This document shows positions 1 to 7,823 of a DNA stretch of 26,359 bases, piece after piece. Position 1 is the first letter of the stretch. Every line of letters starts with the position of its first letter. The translations under genes were made by a program, and so were the position numbers. The notes beneath the pieces were generated by a model, which saw only the letters and a program-made list of their open reading frames with translations, was not told the origin of the DNA and made no database searches. The stretch comes from Oligoflexia bacterium (lineage in GTDB: Bacteria > Bdellovibrionota > UBA1018): NCBI GenBank assembly GCA_043732485.1, contig JAYTHP010000195.1, forward strand, positions 1 through 26,359. Reading direction: 5' to 3'.

Positions 1-231
1 GTATTTAGCAAGCAAGCAAGTGCTAAGAGCTATTCTTTGAAAGTCGAATAAAAAAAAGAGCGCTTTGCTGGCGTTGTATCAATCAGCGCTACTTTGGACA
101 ATTGCAGGCAGCTTTTAAATTTTTTTACACTTAAAGAAAAAGTGTAACGTGCGGTAGCCATCGTATTAAGCGGCGGCAGCGGGGAGGTCGCGGGTTGTTG
201 AGACTTTCGTTCCTTCTGCCAGTAGGACTCG

Positions 232-441
232 CTAAAATTGAAAGGTACACTGCGTAGCCGCTTTCTTGAGTATCATTTGGATAGCCCATCCAATGGCGTT
301 GCCCCTGAGGTCAATGGAGACGGGGCGGGAGTGGAGTGGTTCAGCAATCTGGTTGAGCTCGAACGCCAGGATCCTTGCGCCAGCGTCTTGGCTGTCGGTT
401 AAGCGCGCAGTAGCTCTGGCCTGAGGTCTGCTGCCCGCTTG
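232..441 (-). pseudogene. possible degraded leucine-rich-repeat (RI-like LRR) gene fragment
   Basis: The frame of ORF 442..651 continues past its TAA and reads ...DAGARILAFELNQIAEPLHSRPVSIDLRGNAIG..., matching the LRR_RI pattern D-x-GA-xx-LA-xx-L...LxLxxNxIG. It ends at TAG 232-234. Confidence 0.35.
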
Positions 442-980
442 TTATTCGAAGGGGATGGGCTGCTGCATGGCTCGTGCCTTGCAGGCGTTGCCGGTTTTCC
501 AGCACTCCAGGAGACCGAAGGGGACTAAAAAATAAGCGGATCGCAGGCGCGAGGGTGGGTGGAAAGGTGGGTGCAGGGACGACGAAGGCTGAAGCAAGTT
601 GTCTGGTATGAGAGGAAAGATAATCGCTTCGACTTCAAAAAACGAGAGCAATTCAAGGAGGGGGGAGAGGTGCGATGAGTGCTTGGGTGTGTGGCAGGCA
701 TGGCTGCCTATGAGGGTTAAGACGCCGAAATCTCCCTGCGGTCAGCCACGCCTGAGCTACGCTTGAAATGATAAGCAAGCCCTGAGGACGCTCCGCAGGT
801 ATATGCGTACCAATGAGGCTGCGGCGACAGCTGGAACGGAAACAGGCGAACAGGATATTAAAAGTGGCAATAAAAAAGTGATGTTTGCTGAACTTCGGAT
901 CAAAGTCGTTAAAATAATTAAAAAAAATAGATTCCTTAAGTGAGTACCCTTTTCTATTGAAAGGATGCCTAATAGTTTAG

Positions 981-2060
981 TTGAAAAAAAACGAAGGGGC
1001 TTCTCAGTCAATGACTTACCCAAAAACGACTCTCTCAAGGTATGGGCTGCTGGTGGATGGCGCAAAGAGCGTCATTTTAAGCGTGTCATCAGGTTTGTTA
1101 TCAAGCCTATGCGTTTTTCTGATCAGCGCTTTTCTTTCAGGCTGCGGTAAAGGTGGGAATACTGCTGGGGCGATTGCTGGCAGTTACGACGTTCAAAGTC
1201 TTTCATGTTCCTCAGGCAAGCTGGAGCCCGAGGCTAGTTTTTTAGTGGGAGGGATAGCGACCTTCTCAGGAACTACGCTGACCGTTACCTATGGCCCGTC
1301 TGTCAGGCATTCCCCTGCTGGATGTCAAATCGCAAGTGCTTATACCTTGGTCTACGGGGATCAAAATACTTTTACTGAAAGTGGTGCTTCTTTTGTCTAC
1401 TCCGGTTACCCTGGGGTGGGTCTCTGCGGGACCACGTTGCCAAATGTTAATGCTTATTTCAGCTATTCTCAAAGTGGATCAGTCCTGGTCTTAAACCACT
1501 TGCCAGGCAGCCTGACGGGTTGCTCTGATGCAGGTGCAACGCTTACCTTCCCTCTTATCGAGAGTTCCACCCTTACTGCCGGACCGAGCAATGCCCCGAG
1601 CAGCACTTTCTCCAGTAGCAATGCTGCTTCTGGAACAACTTCCGGCGCTTCGGTTTTGAGTGGCAATTATGTCGTTAGCGCTGTGCGCTGCTCGTCAGGG
1701 ATTCCGAGTGGCGTCGATGCTCCAGTTGTGGGATCTCGTGCGAGTTTTGTTGGAAATAATCTTACTGTTACTGCGAGCCTACCTGGTCCTACCAGCGGGC
1801 TTACTTCTAGCTGCAACCTTGTCGAAGTTTTCTCGCTCACCTACACCGCACCCAACAGCTTTACCGAGAGTGCGTTTTCCGTGAGCTGCACCGGTTGTCC
1901 CACTACTCATGCTCCTTGCGGAACCACCGTATCGAACTTAAATGCTGTTTATAGCTATTCGCAAAATGGATCAAGTGTGGTCTTAAAGCGGCTATCAGGT
2001 AGCCAAGCTGATTGTAGTGAACCGACTGCAACGCTTACGGTCACCTTGACTGCCGCTTAG
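981..2060 (+). CDS. putative lipoprotein with two tandem Cys-containing beta-rich (lipocalin-like) domains
   Basis: Hydrophobic stretch ending in lipobox LSGC. Two ~125-aa homologous repeats are joined by a Ser/Thr/Ala linker. The start may be ATG 1011. Confidence 0.75.
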   Translation: MKKNEGASQSMTYPKTTLSRYGLLVDGAKSVILSVSSGLLSSLCVFLISAFLSGCGKGGNTAGAIAGSYDVQSLSCSSGKLEPEASFLVGGIATFSGTTLTVTYGPSVRHSPAGCQIASAYTLVYGDQNTFTESGASFVYSGYPGVGLCGTTLPNVNAYFSYSQSGSVLVLNHLPGSLTGCSDAGATLTFPLIESSTLTAGPSNAPSSTFSSSNAASGTTSGASVLSGNYVVSAVRCSSGIPSGVDAPVVGSRASFVGNNLTVTASLPGPTSGLTSSCNLVEVFSLTYTAPNSFTESAFSVSCTGCPTTHAPCGTTVSNLNAVYSYSQNGSSVVLKRLSGSQADCSEPTATLTVTLTAA

Positions 2061-2341
2061 TCGGCTGAGGGGCAGTCGGCCTGCGTCTTGAGAAAACATC
2101 TCGAGATACGGTGGGCTCGGGGAAGAAGCATCTGGTTTTGCTTTAGCCTCCTAGCCCCCTCTTACCCTCAGTCTTGGCGCCGCGATTCCAGAAGTGCAAA
2201 GGGTGTACCCTCCCGTCGTGCCTGCTTCTTCTCATGATTTTCCAAGAACCTTTGAAAGTAGGAGCGATCTGTTGTGAGAGCGAGATCTTAGCCCCTGAGT
2301 CTTCCCCTGCTTGGCTTGAGATTAGCAGAGGTGGGCCTAGT

Positions 2342-2545
2342 TCATTTAGGATTTTTTTTTGCTTTGATTTTTTTTGGAAGTGTCGGCCGTTTGGGGCGGT
2401 ATTGGAACTTGCGGTGAATCATATAGCGCTTGATGGCTTCCCTGAGGTATTCGCTGAGGGTTAGTTGTTCTGTCTTCACGTGCTGTCTGATTTCGTTGGC
2501 AAGCTCGGGGGGGACTGAAAAAGCTAAAACTTTAGTGGTGCGCAT
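2342..2545 (-). CDS. ribbon-helix-helix (CopG/MetJ-Arc-like) DNA-binding protein
   Basis: MRTTKVLAFSVPPELANEIRQHVKTEQLTLSEYLREAIKRYM fits the RHH strand-helix-helix pattern. GAGGAG SD lies 8 nt upstream of ATG 2545. Basic C-terminal tail. Confidence 0.8.
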   Translation of the reverse strand: MRTTKVLAFSVPPELANEIRQHVKTEQLTLSEYLREAIKRYMIHRKFQYRPKRPTLPKKIKAKKNPK

Positions 2546-2733
2546 CGATTTTTCTCCTCGCACGAGTATGCCTAAGTTACACCTGATTTGCCTAGGAGAA
2601 AATGCTAAGGGGTCAGAGCGCTCATGGAGGCGGTCTTAAGAGACGGGGGGTTGGCTGGGTGGTGGTGGTGACCGCATTTTTGTTTACTCCCACCAGCCTG
2701 TGAGGGGCTTTTCGTCTCAGGTTCAGCCTCATG

Positions 2734-3462
2734 CTATGCCTGACGAGAAGAGCCTTGGGTGGCAAGCGGCAGCCAGGTGGATCCCAAGCTATGGATGTTC
2801 CACAAGGGCTCGGCGTGGTCGCGGTCAAGCAGGATTTGATTACCCGCAAGCGGGGGGTCTTGCGGGAAGCAGGGCACGGCGTAGCAGTTGCGGTTGATTT
2901 CTCGGGCCCAGCGGGCGGTATTTAGTGCACCTGATCGAAATCCGGCCTCAATGACGCAAGTGGCCAAGCTCCAGCCTGCGATAATACGATTTCGGGCCAG
3001 GAAGTAAGCCGGTTTGGCGTGGGTGTCTAGCGGATACTCGCTCACCACCAGTCCTCCTTCAGCGAGGATGCGCTCTTTGAGCTGGAGATTTTCTGGTGGG
3101 TATTGTCGGTTCAGGCCGGTGGCAATCACCGCAATGGTGGGGAGCTCCACCTCGAGCGCCGTTTCATGGGCAACGGCATCAATGCCGCTTGCAAGGCCTG
3201 AGAGAATGATCAGGCCTGATTGCTTCAGGCCCCGCACAAAATTGACGGTAAATTGCTTGGAGCGTTCTTGTGGTTTACGCGAGCCCACGATGGCAAGGCC
3301 CTGATGCGGCAGGCGATCCAGAAGCCTGAAGGACTCAGGCAGTCCTTGCACGTAGAGCTGGCTGGGCTTAGGGTAAAGCGCCTGCCAGCCCTCCCACATC
3401 AGGTCAGGTTTGCCGTCTTGCTGCTGAAATAAAAACGAACGAATGATGGTTTCGGTGGTCAT
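2734..3462 (-). CDS. dprA: DNA-processing protein DprA (Rossmann core only)
   Basis: Motifs LAIVGSRK, SGLASGIDAVAH, VVSEYP, FLARNRIIAG, VIEAGFRSGALNTA and AVP...GNQILL. Confidence 0.93.
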   Translation of the reverse strand: MTTETIIRSFLFQQQDGKPDLMWEGWQALYPKPSQLYVQGLPESFRLLDRLPHQGLAIVGSRKPQERSKQFTVNFVRGLKQSGLIILSGLASGIDAVAHETALEVELPTIAVIATGLNRQYPPENLQLKERILAEGGLVVSEYPLDTHAKPAYFLARNRIIAGWSLATCVIEAGFRSGALNTARWAREINRNCYAVPCFPQDPPLAGNQILLDRDHAEPLWNIHSLGSTWLPLATQGSSRQA

Positions 3463-3477
3463 AGGAACTAACTGAGT

Positions 3478-3493
3478 AGCAAAAAAAATGCCA
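3478..3493 (-). promoter_or_regulatory. sigma54 (-24/-12) promoter upstream of dprA
   Basis: Minus strand reads TGGCAT-TTTTT-TTGCT, with exact GG-N10-GC spacing, 16 nt before the dprA ATG. Confidence 0.6.
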
Positions 3494-3667
3494 GTTCCAG
3501 CCCCTGAGTCTCGGAAAAAGAAGAAAAAAAGCAGGGGGGCGCATTTTTTACTGAGTGAGTCGGGAATTGTTTTTGGTCTCGTAGGGACCCCCTGCTTTCA
3601 CAAGCTGACTCAAAACTATACAAAGCACTACAAGACCTAATTTGAGATTAAAATCCAAGTACTTGTC

Positions 3668-3877
3668 GGTAGAATGGGAGTAGGTAGCGCCAGCCATACT
3701 GCAGGAGCGAGGAAACGATTCGATTTTTGCGGAACTTCAAAACTAGGTCCAAAAACGTTACCTTAAAGACTGACTGGATCGGTCGACTTAATAGATCAAG
3801 CGACACCAGGTGAGAGGAAATTTCCGAAAAAACGGTCCTGGGGCTTAATTTATTTAATAAATTTCGACAGCCTACCT
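3668..3877 (+). mobile_element. diverged 3' remnant (transposase tail + right end) of the same IS family as 3884-6016
   Basis: Aligns by eye with 5808-6019, including near-identical TAGGTCCAAAAACGTTACCTyAAAGACTGACTGGAT and an identical terminus ATTTCGACAGCCTACCT. Contains stop codons. Confidence 0.85.
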
Positions 3878-4072
3878 CTATCCTAGTCTGTTGAAATGGT
3901 GGCGTTTAGCCGGTCCCGCGTGAAGACCGCAAAGAAGGGCCCTAATTTTTTACTTATTTAGTCGGGTATTGGTTTTGGCCCCTTGTAAGGACGAAAATCG
4001 CGTTAAGTCATTAAAATAAGCCTAAAAGTCCAAAATTGTAATTAAGATCGGCTGGAAAGAGGGCGGCAGCTT

Positions 4073-4635
4073 ATGAGTCGATTTTCTAAAATGAAATCCA
4101 GTAGAGATAAGTTGAAGGCGGGGAACAAGGAAAAGCAAAAGCGAATCAGTCAACTGGTGCGATCCGATGGCTTGAAGGCAATAAAAATCAAGAAATTGGA
4201 GCAGGAGGTGTGAAGACTGAGACAGCAATCCACAACAAGCTTCCAGCGATTGCTAGTCCAGGCCTCGGCCTCCGACTTTGAAGAGATACGAAAAAGGCTA
4301 CAGGAAACCGCAGAGGAGCTTGCGCAGCAAAAAAAGATGCTGAAAAAGACAGAAAGCAACTAGATCAGATCAAAAAAGACAATGATTATCATCTGTTAGA
4401 GATCGCAAAGCTGCACCGGGATAAAAGGCGCAAGCAACTTGAAATCGAAAAGCTCCTTGAAGACCGCGAACGCAGGCGACTCGAGGTCGAGAAGCTGCAG
4501 AAAGATAAGCAGCAGCAGCAGAACGATCAAAAGAAGCTTCGCGAAGAGACTGAACGAAAGACGAAAGAACTCGATAAGGTCAAGAGGGAACTAGGCGAAA
4601 AGTCAAGCCTGCTAGGCCTGGACGACCCACAGGCG
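4073..4635 (+). pseudogene. coiled-coil N-terminal part of the transposase, interrupted by TGA 4211 and a -1 frameshift at ~4330-4336
   Basis: The ATG 4073 frame gives K/E/Q-rich helical sequence on both sides of TGA 4211-4213. A -1 shift at A_AAA_AAG joins the transposase frame, which is open from 4282 to 5922. Confidence 0.65.
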
Positions 4636-5922
4636 GTGCGTACTCTTTGTGTTTTTCTGGTGGTTCATTGTGGGGTTCACTTTCGTGCAGTGCCAAGGAT
4701 TTTACAGGCACTGGTGAATCAGAAGATCATTCTACCGGTATGGGTCCCCCACTTTACGTCGGTGATAAACTGGAGTTTGCGAGTGGGCGTGGATTTGCTG
4801 GCTCAGGTAAGGGTTAGTCGAGAGCCTTGGATTGCGATTATTGACACCTCAATTGACGTCGGTGTGCGCAAGGCGATTGTTATTTTGCGAGTACTGGCGT
4901 CAGCGCTGGAAGCACGAGGGAGTGCTATGACGCTTGAGGACTGCGAGGTTTTTTTCCTCAAAATCGTAGAAAGCTCAACCGGAGAGGTGATTACCAAAAG
5001 TTTAGAATCAGCGTTTCAGGTTACCGGACAGCCTATGGCGGTATTGAAGGATGGAGGAGGCGACTTAATGAAAGGAACCCGAGTTTATATTCAGGAAAAT
5101 AAGGACTGTGAGCCGATCACAGTGCTTGCTGATCTCGGGCACTATGTTGGCAACCTTCTGAAAGCGCAATTCTCTAAAAGGTCCTCTTTTAAGAGACTCC
5201 TAACGCTCGCCTATGGCGGACAAAGACGGCTGCGGCAAACCAAGGCTGCCTTATTTTTACCGCCCAAGCTACGCAGTAAAGGACGCTTTCAAGGGATCAG
5301 TCACTTAGCCGATTGGGGTCTTTGGGTTCTGGATCTTATGGCCTTTCCAGGGGCGGCTGCGGAGGGCTCAACGCTGGCTGCTTTGAGAAAGGGTTTCTCT
5401 AAGCTGACCCGTAGCCGAGGCTTTATCGAAGAACTGTCGTTTACATGCAAGGTTACAAACCAATTTCAAGAGTTGCTGAAAAATCGAGGACTTAATGATG
5501 CAAGCTATGCCGAGGGCTTGTCGATTCTTGCGCAGTTGCCGGTCTCCTCTCCCACAAGGCAGGGGCTCCAGGTCTGGCTAACCCGCCATCTGGGGCTGCA
5601 GTGCAAATTAAAAATGGGCAAGACACCCCTACTCGTTAGCAGTGACCCGGTTGAGTCCTTGACGGGAAAGCTCAAAGCGGTCGTGGGTCTCTCTTCCAGC
5701 CAGGAGCTGAATCGCATGACGTTTATTTTACCGACAGCCTGCGGTCATTTAACATCAGAAGCAATCACACGAGGTCTAGAGAAGACCTCAGACACTCGAT
5801 TAAAGCTGGTGGAACGAGAGCAGGTCCCCCCAACGATGCTACAGCAACGAAGAAACAATCCAGTTTTTGCAAGGCCTTTAAAAATAGGTCCAAAAACGTT
5901 ACCTCAAAGACTGACTGGATAG
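4636..5922 (+). CDS. DDE transposase, Mutator-like (IS256/ISLre2/ISH6/ISKra4-related superfamily), family unassigned
   Basis: Candidate catalytic motifs IIDTS (D), LKDGG (D), DLGH (D/CxxH) and SSDPVES (E). Lies between the TIRs. Confidence 0.75.
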   Translation: MRTLCVFLVVHCGVHFRAVPRILQALVNQKIILPVWVPHFTSVINWSLRVGVDLLAQVRVSREPWIAIIDTSIDVGVRKAIVILRVLASALEARGSAMTLEDCEVFFLKIVESSTGEVITKSLESAFQVTGQPMAVLKDGGGDLMKGTRVYIQENKDCEPITVLADLGHYVGNLLKAQFSKRSSFKRLLTLAYGGQRRLRQTKAALFLPPKLRSKGRFQGISHLADWGLWVLDLMAFPGAAAEGSTLAALRKGFSKLTRSRGFIEELSFTCKVTNQFQELLKNRGLNDASYAEGLSILAQLPVSSPTRQGLQVWLTRHLGLQCKLKMGKTPLLVSSDPVESLTGKLKAVVGLSSSQELNRMTFILPTACGHLTSEAITRGLEKTSDTRLKLVEREQVPPTMLQQRRNNPVFARPLKIGPKTLPQRLTG

Positions 5923-6044
5923 GTCGACTTTATAGGTCAAATGGCACTAGACTAGAGGAAGTTTTCGAAAAACTAATCCTAAAGCGTCCATTTATTAAAT
6001 CTATTTCGACAGCCTACCTGTGTGCTACCCCCAGAGCTGCGCCT

Positions 6045-7823
6045 TTAAGCAGGCGGCAAAGGAGGGAGCGGCGGGAAGTCCTCCGTGGCAGCCTTGGTGG
6101 CTGGCACGGCAGGCGGCGCTACCGGGGCGTCAACGACCGAGGTGGCGACAGGCGGCGGAGGAGCTAAGCTGCTGCTCTCGGCAACGCCACCGCTCGTGGT
6201 GGTCTTTGGTCCGGGCGGCTTGAGATAGTCGCCTGAGGCGAGGCTCTCAAGGGCCGCAGCTGGCTGGTCTGGGATCGAGGGGAGTGCCGGAGGCGGCAGA
6301 AAAGCGCTGGTGTCGTTGCCGCTTGTTACGGCAGCAGGCGATGACGTTGACGAAGACGACGCCCCGGTGGGCGCATCAAGTTCCGCGTCCATGGAGGATA
6401 CTGGCGATGATGCTGGTGACGATGCCGGTGATGACGCTGGTGATGACGCCGGAGCATTCTTTATGCTTGGGCTAGTGGTGGTGCCTGGGGGAGGTGGCAG
6501 GATCGCAGTTTCGTTTTTGGGGCCTTGACTGTTGCTGGTATCAAAATAATTGATGCTTGCAGCCGTATCAGGCAATTCCAAGGGCGGCGGATCCAAGGGA
6601 TTAAAGGCTTTGGAGATGACGGCTTGCTCCGGCGGAGCGTTTCCCAGGGCTGCTGAAGGCGACGGCGAGCCTGAGGCAAGAGCAGCAGGCGGCGAAGACG
6701 GCGTTGGTGAGGGTGGTGGCGTGAGGGTCACAGCCGCGCTGTGTGTGGGCGTGGGTTTTTGCTGGGCTTGAGGCTTGGCGGGGGGCTTTGCGGCCCCGGG
6801 TTGCTCTGCCGGGGTCTCGTCTAAGCGGAAGTCAGGTTTTGCCAACGCTAGTTTGTGTTTCACGTCGGCAACGTCGGTGAGCAAAATGGCCTGGGCGTGT
6901 TCGTTGATAATGGTAAAGCTTGAGAGCACGACTGCGGTTGAGAAATAGGGGCTCGCTTGCAAGACCATCAAATCGGCGTCGCTTAAGAGCGGCAGCTCGG
7001 TAATTTGTTTCTTATTTTGCGGATCCACTTGGTTATAGACCCGAAACACCATGCCGGGATGGACGCCGTCTTCTGAACCGCGGTCTAAAAAGACTTGTTT
7101 ATGCTGGGCAATGGCAAAGGTCGACTCATTATGATCGAGCATCAAGGTGGCGTCAAAATTTTGCGGTCCTGCGATCGGTTGCAAGTCTTTGAGCTTGGCA
7201 GGCAGAGGGATCAGTATGGCACCTCGGCTAATGGGATTACTAGCCTGGAAGATTTCACCTAAGAAAAGCTTATCTACTTTGGTCACCACCTTGATCTTAC
7301 CCAGGATGTGGTAGGAAAAGCCGATCCGATTGGATTGGGTGGATTTTAAGATCAAAGGGTCTTGGGCAATGGCATAGCTTTCACCCACCTGCAGCGCTCC
7401 TTCGCGCTCGGCATGCAAGTACACGGTGTCGCCCGCCGTGAGCGAAATGCCTTCCGAGCGACCGGCAATGATCTGGCCCTTGGGTGGGATCAGTTCGTTA
7501 CTCGCCAGAGCTTGCAAGTCGATGCCCCGATTTTCCCGAAAATTAACCTTTGTCGACAAGCTTAAGCGAATGCGCGCGGAGTCATTCGCGTTAAGATCGG
7601 TGAGGTCATCTAGCTTTTCCCAACTCTGTTTGGGCAGTTTTTTCCATTGCCGGGAGCGGGGCTTTTTGGGAGGGTAGAGCGCTTCTTTTTGCTTGGGATC
7701 AAGCGGTAACAGCGCCGCGTGACTCACCAGGACTGACGCGGTGAGTGAGGCCGCTAAGCCGCCGCCGCCGCCCAGCAGTGCCAGGCAAAGTGCTTGCAAG
7801 CGTGGCTGCTTTTGATCTTTCAT
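6045..7823 (-). CDS. TsaP-like secretin-associated periplasmic protein (FlgT-like beta domains) with long Pro/Ser/Ala tail; no LysM seen
   Basis: Signal peptide. Motifs GDTVYL, LGKIKV, I-x-RG-x-IL and QVFLDRGSEDGVHPGMVFRVY are typical of TsaP C-terminal domains. Near dprA, and ATGA-coupled to the upstream TPR gene. Confidence 0.6.
   Translation of the reverse strand: MKDQKQPRLQALCLALLGGGGGLAASLTASVLVSHAALLPLDPKQKEALYPPKKPRSRQWKKLPKQSWEKLDDLTDLNANDSARIRLSLSTKVNFRENRGIDLQALASNELIPPKGQIIAGRSEGISLTAGDTVYLHAEREGALQVGESYAIAQDPLILKSTQSNRIGFSYHILGKIKVVTKVDKLFLGEIFQASNPISRGAILIPLPAKLKDLQPIAGPQNFDATLMLDHNESTFAIAQHKQVFLDRGSEDGVHPGMVFRVYNQVDPQNKKQITELPLLSDADLMVLQASPYFSTAVVLSSFTIINEHAQAILLTDVADVKHKLALAKPDFRLDETPAEQPGAAKPPAKPQAQQKPTPTHSAAVTLTPPPSPTPSSPPAALASGSPSPSAALGNAPPEQAVISKAFNPLDPPPLELPDTAASINYFDTSNSQGPKNETAILPPPPGTTTSPSIKNAPASSPASSPASSPASSPVSSMDAELDAPTGASSSSTSSPAAVTSGNDTSAFLPPPALPSIPDQPAAALESLASGDYLKPPGPKTTTSGGVAESSSLAPPPPVATSVVDAPVAPPAVPATKAATEDFPPLPPLPPA
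6402..6452. repeat. 12-bp tandem repeat (x4) encoding SSPA/SSPV
   Basis: CTGGCGATGATG CTGGTGACGATG CCGGTGATGACG CTGGTGATGACG; the protein reads PASSPASSPASSPVSS. Confidence 0.8.

Larger units (their letters stand above)
3884..6016 (+). mobile_element. insertion sequence (~2.13 kb) with 14-bp imperfect terminal inverted repeats
   Basis: Left TAGTCTGTTGAAAT (3884-3897) versus reverse complement of right ATTTCGACAGCCTA (6003-6016) = TAGGCTGTCGAAAT, 12/14 match. Encloses the transposase. Confidence 0.8.

Noticed and set aside
5..26. AGCA tetramer repeats resembling a minus-strand sigma54 site
   Set aside because: No GG at -24 and the spacing is not N10.
2290..3511. 13-bp direct repeat AGCCCCTGAGTCT flanking RHH + dprA
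   Set aside because: A 13-mer match is expected by chance in 26 kb, and there is no other sign of mobility.
3668..6019. Direct repeats as CRISPR or LTR/att sites
   Set aside because: Only two copies, and they correspond to the transposase 3' end plus TIR.
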